Assembly (NCBI GenBank): GCA_963708185.1 | Contig: OY970195.1 | Span: 576,001-640,000, forward strand | Length of the DNA stretch: 64,000 nucleotides | DNA from: Candidatus Peregrinibacteria bacterium | Lineage (GTDB): Bacteria > Patescibacteriota > Gracilibacteria > UBA1369 | Direction: 5' to 3' | In this document: positions 36,912 to 47,670 of the stretch, piece by piece | Position numbering within the stretch: the stretch's first letter is position 1 | Layout of the letters: every line of letters begins with the position of its first letter | Notes under the pieces: generated by a model | Seen by the model: the letters and a program-made list of their open reading frames with translations, nothing else | Database searches by the model: none | Told to the model about the DNA's origin: nothing | Program-made: the position numbers and the translations under genes

Positions 36912-39900
36912 GTTTCTTTTTGTTTAAGGTATTTATAATAAATATACCAAAACCGCCTACAGATACAAGCAGGAGCGGCCAATCGACCACTTCATACCCG
37001 GAAAGCACGAACGCCTGGAGTTGGTTCGCAGGTTGTCCTCCTCCGCCTGTTGGTGTTGGCGTTGTTCCGGCCGGTGCCGGCTGCGGATCAAAGACGATGC
37101 TTTTGTCCACGGTTTTTTTATTGCCGGCGGCATCAACGACAGTAAGCCTTACGCTGTCAACACCGTAGCTTCTAAAAAACGGCGTCGTCCAGCTTCCCGG
37201 CTTATCGGTCTTGTAATCTTCATCGTCGGCAGGATTTCCGTTGCCGTTGGAATCGTAAAAGATGTTTTTATCAATAATATAGGAGGTGATGTTTCCCTGT
37301 GATCCTGAAAAATCCAGGGTAACGTTCGCACTGTCCCCTTGCAGGTGGACCTTCCCGTCCGCCACACTCGTTGCCGGCGTGGTAATCAAACGGGCATCCA
37401 GAGGTGCGGCCTGTTGTGTTTGAACAGCAACCGGAGCTTTCACATTCACGAAGTTCGTGACGGAGTTGCTGCTGCCCTGATCGTCGGTGACGGTGAGTTT
37501 TACCCTGTAAATACCGTAATCGGGATATTCGAAGGTCGGTGCGGCGTCACTGGACTGGATATCGTTGTCCTTGATGCCGTCTCCGTTCGAATCAGTATTG
37601 ACGTCAAAATCCCAGGCGTACGTTTTCAACGTTGCGCCGTTTTCAGTATCAGCCTTCGAGTTGTTGGTGAACTGGATTTTCTTGCCGTCGAGCTGAGTAG
37701 AGGTGAAGGCGGCGACCGGCGGTCCTGATGCGGCATCAACGAAAATCGTTACCGGATCGGAAATCGATTCGGCACCATTGTTGTCGCGGACCTTCAAACG
37801 GACCTTAAATCCGTTTTTGTTCGGATTCTTGAAGGTATAGCTCACATTGGCCTTGTCGTAAGTCTGGTCTCCCGGATCGGTATATCCCTGACCTTCAAAA
37901 TTCCACATATAACTGACGATCTTGCCGCCTTTGTCCGGATCGGTTGAACTTGAACTGAAGTTCACGCTGTCTCCGACAAAAATGTTGGTATGATCCACGC
38001 TGAATTTGGAGATCGGAGCTTTGTTCGGACCATTGGTAACGTCGATACTCGGAATCAAAGCTTCATTGAAATCTTTGCTGGAATCAAATTTGTCGTTTTC
38101 GTTGTCGGTGGCGATCACCCCGAATTTATAGGTTTTTTTCTGACCTTCTTCACCGTTGGTTCCGATGGTCATGGTCACGCTCGGGTTCTGGTTGATCTGG
38201 ACACCAAGCTGGGTCCCGGGATCGTTCACGTCATAATACCACCACTTGTAACTGACGATTTTCCCGTCGGGATCTATCGCTCCCTGAGCTGACACATTGA
38301 CTTGTAGCGGAGTCACAAGGTTGGCACTTATCGGAATAGCACTTATGCCACTGATGACCGGAGGCAGTCGTTTGATGCTGATCGTCACGGTGTCTTCCGG
38401 TGAAGATTTTCCAGTATCGATATCTGAAACTTTCAATTTAACGGTAAAATTTTTGGATTTCTGGTCACCGATATCTTTAAAGGTATGTGTTACGGTTTTC
38501 TTGTCACTCTTCGGACTGCCGTCACCGAAATCCCAACTATAGTTGAGGTTGCGACCGGTACCATCGATATTCAAAGATTTACCGGCGTCAAAGGTAAAGA
38601 CCGAGGTACGATTTCCTTCGATTGTACTGCTGGTATCGCTGATATTCTGGCCATCCATATTGACGCTGATGGCGGCGATGGCACTGTCGGACGAACCTAT
38701 GAAGACTTTGCGATATGTTGCATTGCCATTATCCTGCGTATCGTAAACGGTGAGTTTCGCCTTGAATGCTCCGGCCTGGGTGTAGGTGTGCTTAACGACC
38801 GCGACGCCACCTGTGATATTCCCTTCTTCTTTGCCATTATCACCGGTATCGATTCTGTAAGCGACCCCATTGTCACTTTTTACGTTAAAAGTCACGTCAG
38901 CGCTGCCATCCACAAGCTGAGCTGTCAGCGGAGATCCATCATCGCTCCAACCGACATCGAGATCGTTGGTAACAGTTAGCTGCTGTTCCTGTGGAACGCT
39001 GTTGTTCGGATCCGCAGGATCCTGGACGTCGAGCGTTACGGTGTAGTTGCCTTTCTTGAGTTTGATTTGGATACGGCCGTCGGCATCATTGTAACCGTTT
39101 GTTCCTTCGTTGCCGAGCTGGATACAATCGCTTCCGGTGGTTTCGTAGCCTCCAGTGCCACCCGTATTTGCTTTATAATAGGTGCAGTCGCCGGGAGCGG
39201 CATTTACTTCCCATTTATACTGAAGTTTTTCATCAGGAGTTCCGTCAGGGTCGTAACTCCCCGTACCGTCGAGGCTGTAAAGGTTGGGATGGGTCGGATC
39301 CGTGTTCTTAGCAATGAACTGTGCGACCGGAGGTTTGGATTTCATTTTGAGCGGGATGTCGGTCGTGGCAGTAGTACTGCCGTTATCGACTGTAAGCCCC
39401 ACATCGTAGCTTCCCGGTGCGTTGAAGGTATAATTGAAAGCGTCGGCCGTTTGGACCGGAGGCGTGAAATCTGTCGGAATGGTTCCTTGGCTGTTTTTGA
39501 GCGTCCAGTCGTATTTCGTAATCGGGCCGCCGTCGCTGGCCGAGAGAGACTGGAACTGGTACTGGTCACCAAGTTGGCCGAACTGTCCCGGCGTGACCTG
39601 GATTCTGGATACGAGCGAACTGACGATGACATTAAAAATCTTACGGTCAACGATGCCGCGATCGTCGGTCACTTCCAAAGTGACGCGGTAGGTTCCTTCT
39701 TTATTATATTTAACGCCCTGGACGGTGGACTTGCTGTCGGGCGGACCTTCCTGAGTATTATCGGGGTTGGTTTTATCTCCGAAATCCCATTTTACTTTGG
39801 CCTGGCCTCCGGCATTTTTGAGAAGGATATCGCCTTTGGCGCCGACTTTCGTATTTGAAGCGTCAAACTTGATGCCCTGCTGTGCTTCGGTCAATGTGAT

Positions 39901-41613
39901 CGGAAGATTCTGCATGTTGGTTGTCTGTACTCCGTTGGTATATGCGGATAATATTAACGGTTCCTGGACGTCTGAAACATTTGCCGTCAATGCAATCTGT
40001 GCGACGGCCGGTTTCACAATGATGGTCTGATAGGCAATGCCGTCTGCCGGCTGCTGTTCTCCTTTGCCCTGATCTGCTTTCGGTGCTTTGATGCTGAGTT
40101 TAACAATGTAGGTGCCAGGGTTCTGGAAAACATGGGTCACTCCTGCACCGATTGCCGTGTTGTCGGCACTACCGATATCACCAAAATCCCACTGGTAACA
40201 TCCGTTCTGTGATCCGCTGTTACAGTTGGCGTTTGCCGCCGGATCGATGGTGTGGTTGTTGGGATCAAGTGACTTGAGACCGTCGAAGTTGACCGGCAAC
40301 GGGGCGTTGCCTTCGGTCTTGTCCGCGGTAATAACGGTATAAACGAACTGGAGATCTTTCACGAGGTCGTACAGTTTGCTGAGATCGTTCACGACCTGGA
40401 GAATTGCCGCATTGTTCGGTGTTCCTGCAATGGTATAGGCTGGCGTAGCCTGGGCAAATGCCTTATTCACAAAAAGTTGCATCCATCGAGAAGGATTCAC
40501 GAATGCAGTTGCCGGAAGATTCGGCACGAGCTGTTTGAGGTCTCCCAGGACGATCGTGAATTGATTGTCCACCGCCGGAAGAGCCGCCGCCTGTTTGATC
40601 TGGTTCTGTAATTTCAAGAGTGTATCGTTGGCTTTGACCACAGCCTGGGCGAAATCCTGTTTGTTGGCCTCAGTCATACCGGCAGTCCCGAATTGTGCAT
40701 CAAACTCGCTTTTAATATTGTCGTAGTTCACTCCCAGGTCTTTCCAAAAAGAAGACCAGTCTGTGGTTTGTTCTTTGCTGTTAGCGATCTGATCCAGTGC
40801 CGAGTTGGAGAGATTGATGTATTTATCGATCAAGACAAGTCCGGCCTGTCCCTTTTCCGCGATCTGGCTTAAGGCACCGGCTTTCGTGATGATATTAATC
40901 AGAATCTGGCGTTTTTGCTGGAGATTTGACTTAAAGGAATTCGCGTCACTGGTTCCGAGAATGCTCGAAAAAGCATCGACATTGGAAAGTGTCGCGAGAT
41001 CTGTATTGATTTCACTGTAGTTCTGGTACGCGGTGACGAAATCACGTGCGACCGTCTGGACCACGCTGCCGGCATACGCGAAGAGTGCCTGACGCTGTGC
41101 GTTCTGGTCTCCCGTTCCGCTCGGTGCTGAACCGTTATTTGCTCCCTGATCTGTTCCACCTCCTGCGAGAAGTACGGTGTTCACCAACGCAAACGATGAC
41201 AGGATGATCAAAATACCGATAATGGCATAGGTCAGAGCTTTTTTGCCTTTCCCTGCCTGTTCTTCCTTCCCGGCTGCGGTAACGTAGAGAAAACCTCCGT
41301 AAATCACCACCACCACAGCGATGATGCCGAGGAATCCGAGTCCGAAGTTCACGACGTTCTTGATGTACTGGCGCAGGTCTGTGTTCTGGGCCAGGCCCGG
41401 AGCGTACTGTGACGCTTCAGGAGCGGAAAGTGTTCCGCTGAATTCGGTAAAACTGGTGGTTTCGGTTCCGCAGGAGAAGAACCCTCCAGTACTTTGGGAG
41501 ATGTCGCCGCAAAGATCCGCGAAAGCGAAACTCGGCAGTGCGAGGGACAGGAATGCCGTCAACGACAGCAGAATTGCCAGTATTTTGTGTTTGTATGGTG
41601 TGGTGGTACCCAT
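36889..41613 (-). CDS. VirB2/TrbC-like pilin domain fused to many PKD domains
   Basis: Signal peptide, IYGGFLYVTAAGKEEQAGKGKKALTYAIIG hairpin, repeated WDFGD / G.Y.V.L.V.D units. Confidence 0.88.
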   Translation of the reverse strand: MGTTTPYKHKILAILLSLTAFLSLALPSFAFADLCGDISQSTGGFFSCGTETTSFTEFSGTLSAPEASQYAPGLAQNTDLRQYIKNVVNFGLGFLGIIAVVVVIYGGFLYVTAAGKEEQAGKGKKALTYAIIGILIILSSFALVNTVLLAGGGTDQGANNGSAPSGTGDQNAQRQALFAYAGSVVQTVARDFVTAYQNYSEINTDLATLSNVDAFSSILGTSDANSFKSNLQQKRQILINIITKAGALSQIAEKGQAGLVLIDKYINLSNSALDQIANSKEQTTDWSSFWKDLGVNYDNIKSEFDAQFGTAGMTEANKQDFAQAVVKANDTLLKLQNQIKQAAALPAVDNQFTIVLGDLKQLVPNLPATAFVNPSRWMQLFVNKAFAQATPAYTIAGTPNNAAILQVVNDLSKLYDLVKDLQFVYTVITADKTEGNAPLPVNFDGLKSLDPNNHTIDPAANANCNSGSQNGCYQWDFGDIGSADNTAIGAGVTHVFQNPGTYIVKLSIKAPKADQGKGEQQPADGIAYQTIIVKPAVAQIALTANVSDVQEPLILSAYTNGVQTTNMQNLPITLTEAQQGIKFDASNTKVGAKGDILLKNAGGQAKVKWDFGDKTNPDNTQEGPPDSKSTVQGVKYNKEGTYRVTLEVTDDRGIVDRKIFNVIVSSLVSRIQVTPGQFGQLGDQYQFQSLSASDGGPITKYDWTLKNSQGTIPTDFTPPVQTADAFNYTFNAPGSYDVGLTVDNGSTTATTDIPLKMKSKPPVAQFIAKNTDPTHPNLYSLDGTGSYDPDGTPDEKLQYKWEVNAAPGDCTYYKANTGGTGGYETTGSDCIQLGNEGTNGYNDADGRIQIKLKKGNYTVTLDVQDPADPNNSVPQEQQLTVTNDLDVGWSDDGSPLTAQLVDGSADVTFNVKSDNGVAYRIDTGDNGKEEGNITGGVAVVKHTYTQAGAFKAKLTVYDTQDNGNATYRKVFIGSSDSAIAAISVNMDGQNISDTSSTIEGNRTSVFTFDAGKSLNIDGTGRNLNYSWDFGDGSPKSDKKTVTHTFKDIGDQKSKNFTVKLKVSDIDTGKSSPEDTVTISIKRLPPVISGISAIPISANLVTPLQVNVSAQGAIDPDGKIVSYKWWYYDVNDPGTQLGVQINQNPSVTMTIGTNGEEGQKKTYKFGVIATDNENDKFDSSKDFNEALIPSIDVTNGPNKAPISKFSVDHTNIFVGDSVNFSSSSTDPDKGGKIVSYMWNFEGQGYTDPGDQTYDKANVSYTFKNPNKNGFKVRLKVRDNNGAESISDPVTIFVDAASGPPVAAFTSTQLDGKKIQFTNNSKADTENGATLKTYAWDFDVNTDSNGDGIKDNDIQSSDAAPTFEYPDYGIYRVKLTVTDDQGSSNSVTNFVNVKAPVAVQTQQAAPLDARLITTPATSVADGKVHLQGDSANVTLDFSGSQGNITSYIIDKNIFYDSNGNGNPADDEDYKTDKPGSWTTPFFRSYGVDSVRLTVVDAAGNKKTVDKSIVFDPQPAPAGTTPTPTGGGGQPANQLQAFVLSGYEVVDWPLLLVSVGGFGIFIINTLNKKKHARNKSK

Positions 41614-41674
41614 AGGTGAGTTTTAAATTTTTATTTATCTAAGTATTTTAGCACACAAACGGCCTTTTGTTCAA

Positions 41675-42706
41675 TTACGGACCGACGGTGCCGCTTGTGG
41701 GAAGTCCGACCGGCGCGCCTGTTCCCGCCGGCGTTGCCCCTGTTGAAGGGCCGATCTGGTTTTCCAGCTTGACGGTCGTGTTGACGATGCCGAACGCGGC
41801 CATGGCCAATAGTAAACCGATCGTTGCTTCGATAATGACTTTTTTCGCTTTTCCCGTAGCTTCTTCGTTTCCGAAAGCCGTGACATAAATGTAACCGCCA
41901 TAGACATACATGACCGCGGCGATGGTCGTCAGGAATCCTGAAATGAAGTTGGTGATGTTGATAATGAGCATTTTGGTTTTTTCCACGTCCGGAAGCTGGC
42001 TTCCCTGTTGCGGGAAGAGCACGTCTTTGACGCCGAATTCGGCGACGCCGATAAGCATGAGGCCCAGGACGGCATAAATGATCTGACGTTTTGATTTCGC
42101 CATAACTTCTTCGTTTCCACCGCTGCTGAGGTAACGAAAACCTGCAATCACGATCATCAATACAGCAACGGCACCCGAGAAATAGGCCATGACTTCATAA
42201 ATACCCTTGATCTGTGCTGAACCGGCCTGAGCAGCCTGTTGCAGTGTCGACTGACTGCTGAAAATTTCGCCCTGCTGCCCGAAGAAAACCTGGGTCACAA
42301 ACTCATTGGCGACGATAATAACGATCAATCCGATAATAGCGAATTTGATGTGATTTTTCTGTTTTTGCGCTTCTTCTTCGGTTGCTTTTCCGCCTGAGGT
42401 CACCAAACGCACTCCGGATATGATAATGGTAACGACCGCCACCGTTCCCATGGCGTATTTCGCAAAGTCCACGGCGTAGTAGATGGCACTGGTGATTCCG
42501 CTCGCTCCCGCTTCAATCGATGCGTTGGCGTGACCGGATGTTTCATAGCCGGGCAGGCTGGTCTGGTTTCCGACGTTGCGGATAATATCCGAAGCCGTCT
42601 GCGCGTTGGCCGGCACCACCAGCGTCAGCGCAACGCTCGTGGTGACCACGAAGAGCAACAGCGGTGCAAAAACGTATTTCCAGATTGAGGTGAGTCGGTT
42701 TTTCAT
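41675..42706 (-). CDS. Triple VirB2/TrbC-like pilin-domain protein
   Basis: Signal peptide (ANA-Q) + three G..Y/L..S.GNEE...K.K..I..A.IGL hairpins. Confidence 0.85.
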   Translation of the reverse strand: MKNRLTSIWKYVFAPLLLFVVTTSVALTLVVPANAQTASDIIRNVGNQTSLPGYETSGHANASIEAGASGITSAIYYAVDFAKYAMGTVAVVTIIISGVRLVTSGGKATEEEAQKQKNHIKFAIIGLIVIIVANEFVTQVFFGQQGEIFSSQSTLQQAAQAGSAQIKGIYEVMAYFSGAVAVLMIVIAGFRYLSSGGNEEVMAKSKRQIIYAVLGLMLIGVAEFGVKDVLFPQQGSQLPDVEKTKMLIINITNFISGFLTTIAAVMYVYGGYIYVTAFGNEEATGKAKKVIIEATIGLLLAMAAFGIVNTTVKLENQIGPSTGATPAGTGAPVGLPTSGTVGP

Positions 42707-42732
42707 TTTCGTTTGTTGTTTGTTGAGTTTTT

Positions 42733-43755
42733 TTATTGACCGGTGGGCTGGGTGACGGTTCCCACTCCACCCTGGAAGCTTCCGGAAATGATGGTACTTA
42801 CGATGGCGAAGGCGGCGTACATGATCAAGATCCCGGCGATGACGGCGAAAATGAGGCGTTTGGCTTTCCCCTGGCGCTCTTCGTTGCCTGCTGCGGTAAT
42901 GTACATGAATGCGGCATAAAGAAGCATCAGAATCGCCACAGGAGTGGCAATGGTGACGACGAGATTGGTGAATCCCGTTATTTCACTTACGCCCTGTGCG
43001 GCGTCGAAGCCGGGGGCGGCGCCGCCGACGCTCGGATATTTACTGAGATCGATCTTGTAAAAGACGGTATTGATGGCGGAATCTGCCATGATGATGAAAA
43101 GCAACCCGAGAATTCCGTAAAAAAGCGACTTCTTGTCCTCGGCAAGTTTTTCCTCGTTTCCCGCGGATGTGATCAAACGAAGACCGCTTCGGATAACCGA
43201 AAACACGGCGACGCTTCCGATGAGATACTTGATGAAGGTGATGATGAACTGCGTGCGTTGGTTGAAGAGCGTCGCGGAACGGACGATGGCGTTCGGTCCG
43301 TTCAAAAATCCTCCCTGCGTACAGGGCTGCTGGGTAATAAAATCTTTTCCAGTGCTTGAGCATCCCACGTTGAAAATTCTGGCAAGGTCTCCCGCGAAAC
43401 CCACGACGGCAAGACCAATGATGGCGTACATGATGTTTCTTTTCTGGGTCGTATATTCTTCTTCGTTTCCCTGCGCGATGACCAGACGTATACCCGCGTA
43501 AACCAACAGTGCGACTGCCACGGCTCCGATGATGTAGCGAACGTTATTCACGACCGCCACCATGAGGTTGTCGAATTTTTCATCGGCGGTGCTCCCGGCG
43601 ACCTGGGGAAGATTCGCATAATTTGAAGCGTCGGGAATAGGAAGAAGCGACGTGCTGTCCTGCGCCTGAGCACTGACGAGTACCGGAGCCGACAAGCTTG
43701 TCAGCACGGCGGCCATCAGAGCGAGTGCGAGAAAAAATTGTTTCAACGTCTTCAT
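42733..43755 (-). CDS. Triple VirB2/TrbC-like pilin-domain protein
   Basis: Signal peptide (VSA-Q) + three A.GNEE hairpins. Confidence 0.85.
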   Translation of the reverse strand: MKTLKQFFLALALMAAVLTSLSAPVLVSAQAQDSTSLLPIPDASNYANLPQVAGSTADEKFDNLMVAVVNNVRYIIGAVAVALLVYAGIRLVIAQGNEEEYTTQKRNIMYAIIGLAVVGFAGDLARIFNVGCSSTGKDFITQQPCTQGGFLNGPNAIVRSATLFNQRTQFIITFIKYLIGSVAVFSVIRSGLRLITSAGNEEKLAEDKKSLFYGILGLLFIIMADSAINTVFYKIDLSKYPSVGGAAPGFDAAQGVSEITGFTNLVVTIATPVAILMLLYAAFMYITAAGNEERQGKAKRLIFAVIAGILIMYAAFAIVSTIISGSFQGGVGTVTQPTGQ

Positions 43756-43876
43756 ACGCGCTTACAAAAATACAAAAATATCTTTTAATTATAGCAGAAA
43801 AAGGTCATTTTTGCAAAGGTGGTTTGGCGGATGATGTATAATATTTTAGAAAGTTTCCTTCAGCTCATTTGAAGTT

Positions 43877-44137
43877 ATGTCTCCCATCAAAATTCTTGTT
43901 TTCATGCTCTTCGTCATCTTCGGACTGGCAATTTTCCCCATGATGATTTCTGTTTTCTTGTTCCTTGAAACCGCCATCGGCAATCAGGATCTGGGAATCG
44001 TCGCTTTCCTGAGGGAACAGTACTGGTACGTCGTCGCTGGCGTGTGGATATTCGCAGCTGCCGGAATAGCGTTCGCTTTGCCCGCGATGCTCAAGAGCGG
44101 TTTTTTTAACGACATCGACAGCGATGATAAAAAATAA
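43877..44137 (+). CDS. Small 2-TM membrane protein
   Basis: 86-aa hydrophobic ORF, TATAAT upstream. Confidence 0.65.
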   Translation: MSPIKILVFMLFVIFGLAIFPMMISVFLFLETAIGNQDLGIVAFLREQYWYVVAGVWIFAAAGIAFALPAMLKSGFFNDIDSDDKK

Positions 44138-44238
44138 AATTTTCCAGGCACAATTTCCTTGCCATAAGAACAAATCCGCTGTATATTTCTCTCGTTTCGG
44201 GGGCTTTTTAACTGCACACTTTTTTTCTACTTGTAACC

Positions 44239-44619
44239 ATGTCAGAACCTAAGTCAGAATCCAAAAAATCCAAAAAAAATCCCATCGTCGCATACTTTCA
44301 GGACAGCTACGAAGAACTGAAAAAAGTGACTTGGCCTACAAGAAACCAGGCGATAAAGCTTACATTCATCGTTATCGGTTTTTGCGTGGTACTCGCATTT
44401 TTCCTTGGAGCTCTCGATTTCGCATTCAACTACGGCTATCGCGCGCTCGTGGATTATTCAACCAAGGTCGCTCCGCCGACAACCACCCAAACTCCCGTGA
44501 CGAACCAGGTTGCTACCGGCGAACCGACTTCGACCGTCGATCTTTCCAAGTTAAAGGTTGAACCGACTTCTGCTCCGGTCAGTGATGTCACCGTTACTCC
44601 GGGTTCGACTCAACAATAA
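44239..44619 (+). CDS. secE: Preprotein translocase SecE with T/P-rich tail
   Basis: ELKKVTWPTR motif, TM, upstream of nusG. Confidence 0.95.
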   Translation: MSEPKSESKKSKKNPIVAYFQDSYEELKKVTWPTRNQAIKLTFIVIGFCVVLAFFLGALDFAFNYGYRALVDYSTKVAPPTTTQTPVTNQVATGEPTSTVDLSKLKVEPTSAPVSDVTVTPGSTQQ

Positions 44620-44638
44620 TCTTAATTTCGTCCACACT

Positions 44639-45184
44639 ATGCCAAAACAAGCACCCGGTACAGGCCGCCATTGGTATGTTGTCCACACCTACTCTGGGTA
44701 TGAAGATGCGGTGAGGGAAGCACTTCTCCAGCGCGTTGAATCTTTGGGAATGCAGGATTTGATTTTCGATGTCGTCGTTCCGAAAGAGACTCAGATCGTC
44801 ATTAAAAAGGGAGAACCAAAGACTGAAAAGAAACGCATTTTTCCGGGTTACGTTCTTGTGGACATGATCGTGACCGATGATTCCTGGTATGTTGTCCGCA
44901 ATACTCCGAACGTCACAGGATTCGTCGGTGCTGGAACCACTCCGGTTCCGGTTTCTCCAGAAGAGTTCCAACTCGTAAAAAAACACATGGGTGAGGCCGA
45001 ACCCAAGTTCAAGATCGATTTTGCTGTCGGTGACCATGTGGTCATTCTTGACGGTCCTTTCGTCAACTACGACGGCGTCGTGAACAAAGTCGATGAGGAG
45101 AAAGGCAAAATCAAGGTACTCATTACGATTTTCGGTCGTGAAACGCCCGTGGAACTTGATTTTACCCAGGTCAAGAAAAAATAA
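44639..45184 (+). CDS. nusG: Transcription termination/antitermination factor NusG
   Basis: WYVVHTYSGYE, FPGYVLV, VRNTPNVTGFVG, IFGRETPVEL. Confidence 0.98.
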   Translation: MPKQAPGTGRHWYVVHTYSGYEDAVREALLQRVESLGMQDLIFDVVVPKETQIVIKKGEPKTEKKRIFPGYVLVDMIVTDDSWYVVRNTPNVTGFVGAGTTPVPVSPEEFQLVKKHMGEAEPKFKIDFAVGDHVVILDGPFVNYDGVVNKVDEEKGKIKVLITIFGRETPVELDFTQVKKK

Positions 45185-45243
45185 ACTTCCGGAAGATCAG
45201 AGCACCGCGAATCTGGAGCTTTGTTTGGCTTTTAACCTCCGGC

Positions 45244-45867
45244 ATGAACAAATTTACTCTTTTCACACTTTTTCTTTCTTCGATCATCATCGTGATCGTC
45301 GCGGAAATTCTTGTGAACGAATATTTGCGAACTCCCTACAGTCTTGAAGGTGCCGCAAATATTTTTCAGGCCCAACAGGCGGATTCCCCTTCCCAACAAA
45401 CCGCCACGGCCGCCCAGGGTTCAAGCCAGGCTGTTGCAGCTTCTTCGGGCTCGTTAAGCATTGAACTCCTTCAAAAATCCGGTCTTCAGGACTATACCCT
45501 TCAATCCCAACCATACGGAGGCGAGCTACTGGACAAGATTCCTTTCACCGATTTGAACTTCATTCCAACCTTTGAATCCCACCTGATGAAAAACCAGGTG
45601 GCACGGGTGGCAAGTTTCTACGAGTTCCAGCCCGGTTCGATCCAATCGGCCCAGGAAGTTTACAACCTGCTGAAACAGAAAACTTCAAGCGAAGTCGGAG
45701 TCATTCTCAACGAGACGAACAGTTTCGAAGACCAGTCCTTTTACGTGAACTATTTCGAGTATCCAGACAAGGTGTTTTTGGTCTTCCGCAAAGGCACAAA
45801 TGTCTTCGCCTATACCTACAGCAAGGAACTGCACCCGCAGATCACGAAACTGATCGGACTTTTATAG
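45244..45867 (+). CDS. Membrane-anchored hypothetical protein
   Basis: N-terminal TM; 207-aa ORF. Confidence 0.75.
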   Translation: MNKFTLFTLFLSSIIIVIVAEILVNEYLRTPYSLEGAANIFQAQQADSPSQQTATAAQGSSQAVAASSGSLSIELLQKSGLQDYTLQSQPYGGELLDKIPFTDLNFIPTFESHLMKNQVARVASFYEFQPGSIQSAQEVYNLLKQKTSSEVGVILNETNSFEDQSFYVNYFEYPDKVFLVFRKGTNVFAYTYSKELHPQITKLIGLL

Positions 45868-45993
45868 CTTGAATCAGGCCAAATGCACTTGCTTTTGGCA
45901 TTAAAAATCATTAGAGTGTTTTGGCAAAAACTGTTACGCTTTGCTTCAAAAACGCTTCTTTTCATTTCATAGTTTTTAATCCCCGAAAAGGTT

Positions 45994-46419
45994 ATGGCAA
46001 AAGAACTACTTACCGTCATCAAACTCCAGATTGCCGCAGGGAAGGCAAATCCGGCACCTCCGATCGGCCCAGCTCTCGGTCAGCACGGCCTGAACATTCC
46101 CGATTTCTGCAACAAATTCAACAACGCGACCAAAGCCATGGGAGACACCATCGTCCCCGTTGAAATCTCTGTCTTCAAGGATAAGAGTTTCACCTTCATC
46201 ATGAAGACCCCTCCGGCTTCGATACTCATTTTGAAGGCTCTCGGCCTGCAGAAAGGTTCCGGCGAACCCAACAAGAATAAGATCGGCACGATCACCAAAG
46301 CCCAGCTGCGTGAGATCGCCGAGAAGAAAATGCCCGATCTCAACTGTCACGATGTTGAAGCGGCTATGCGCACCGTTGCCGGTACAGCCCGAAATATGGG
46401 CGTGAAAGTCGAAGAGTAA
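45994..46419 (+). CDS. rplK: 50S ribosomal protein L11
   Basis: [36 protein letters not shown]. Confidence 0.98.
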   Translation: MAKELLTVIKLQIAAGKANPAPPIGPALGQHGLNIPDFCNKFNNATKAMGDTIVPVEISVFKDKSFTFIMKTPPASILILKALGLQKGSGEPNKNKIGTITKAQLREIAEKKMPDLNCHDVEAAMRTVAGTARNMGVKVEE

Positions 46420-46437
46420 TCTTCTTTCTATTTTTCC

Positions 46438-46890
46438 ATGCCAAACGTCAAAGCACAGCAAAAACCCAAAGGTGGCGCCATGCGGATCATCCGCAACGTC
46501 TATCTTTATCTCGTCACCCTTATCGGGCTGATCACTTTCATTTTCGGCTCGGTCGGGATCATCAATAATGTGCTGCAGCGCTACGTTTTCCAGGTTGATC
46601 AGGGCAGTATTTATACCGCTCCGGTCTATCCGGGATACCGGGACCAGTGTTCGTCCTCTTATCCGGACCCGAATGATCCACAGGGGAAAATGATGATCTC
46701 GCCAACCACTCAGGAGATTACTGACTGCAGAAAATCCCAAGACGAACAGAACAAGCGTATCAACGATTCAAATTTCGGACGTGACCTCTCGATTTCTCTG
46801 GCTCAAATTGTCATCGGTCTTCCCATCTGGCTCTTCCACTGGGGCATTATCCAGAAAGAGTACCGACGGAGGGAAGAACATGAAGTATAA
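46438..46890 (+). CDS. 2-TM membrane protein (DUF5671-like)
   Basis: IRNVYLYLVTLIGL ... IVIGLPIWLFHW. Confidence 0.75.
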   Translation: MPNVKAQQKPKGGAMRIIRNVYLYLVTLIGLITFIFGSVGIINNVLQRYVFQVDQGSIYTAPVYPGYRDQCSSSYPDPNDPQGKMMISPTTQEITDCRKSQDEQNKRINDSNFGRDLSISLAQIVIGLPIWLFHWGIIQKEYRRREEHEV

Positions 46891-46905
46891 TTTTTCATTA
46901 TCACA

Positions 46906-46935
46906 GTGGGAGGCCCCGAAGGCCGTTATCACCAC
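46906..46935 (+). promoter_or_regulatory. L1 autoregulatory mRNA binding site
   Basis: GTGGGAG-GCCCCGAAGGC-CGTTATCACCAC just upstream of rplA, resembling known L1-binding leaders. Confidence 0.7.
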
Positions 46936-46951
46936 GCAATCACACTTTATT

Positions 46952-47656
46952 ATGTCCAAACACGGTAAAAAATACGAAGCAGCGGTCAAGCTGACCGAAG
47001 GAAAAACTGCTTACACCATTGATGAAGCAATCGGGCTTTTGAAGAACACTTCCACGACGAAGTTTGATCCGAGTTGCGAAATCCATATCCGCCTCGGAGT
47101 CGACCCGACCCACGCCGACCAGATGGTTCGTTCCACGGTCGCTCTCCCTCACGGGACCGGTAAAAAAGTCCGGGTGATCGCTTTCGTCGGCGAAGATAAG
47201 GTCAAGGAAGCAACGGCTGCCGGAGCATCACGAGCCGGAATGGAAGACCTGATCAACGACATCAGCAAAGGGTTCCTTGATTTCGACGTTGCCGTTGCGA
47301 CGCCTGACGCCATGAAAAATCTCGGAAAAATCGCAAAAATTTTGGGAACCAAAGGTCTCATGCCAAATCCAAAAGCCGGGACCGTAACCGTTGAAATCGC
47401 TAAAACCATCGGTGAGATCATCAAGGGTAAGGTTGAGTACCGCACCGACAAACAGGGACAAATCCACCAGATCTTCGGAAAAGCTTCCTTCAACGAACCA
47501 GATCTGAAAGCGAATTTCATCACTTTCGTCAAAGCGGTTACCGACAACAAACCGGCCGCCGTGAAAGGAACGTACATCAAGAACATCAGCGTCGCCAATT
47601 CCATGGGGCCGGGCATCACGCTGGATGTCAGCGACGTTATGTCAGCCGTAAAATAG
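46952..47656 (+). CDS. rplA: 50S ribosomal protein L1
   Basis: LGVDP..ADQMVR..V.LPHGTGK, LGTKGLMPNPKAGTVT, SMGPG. Confidence 0.98.
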   Translation: MSKHGKKYEAAVKLTEGKTAYTIDEAIGLLKNTSTTKFDPSCEIHIRLGVDPTHADQMVRSTVALPHGTGKKVRVIAFVGEDKVKEATAAGASRAGMEDLINDISKGFLDFDVAVATPDAMKNLGKIAKILGTKGLMPNPKAGTVTVEIAKTIGEIIKGKVEYRTDKQGQIHQIFGKASFNEPDLKANFITFVKAVTDNKPAAVKGTYIKNISVANSMGPGITLDVSDVMSAVK

Positions 47657-47670
47657 TGTTTCAATTGAAG

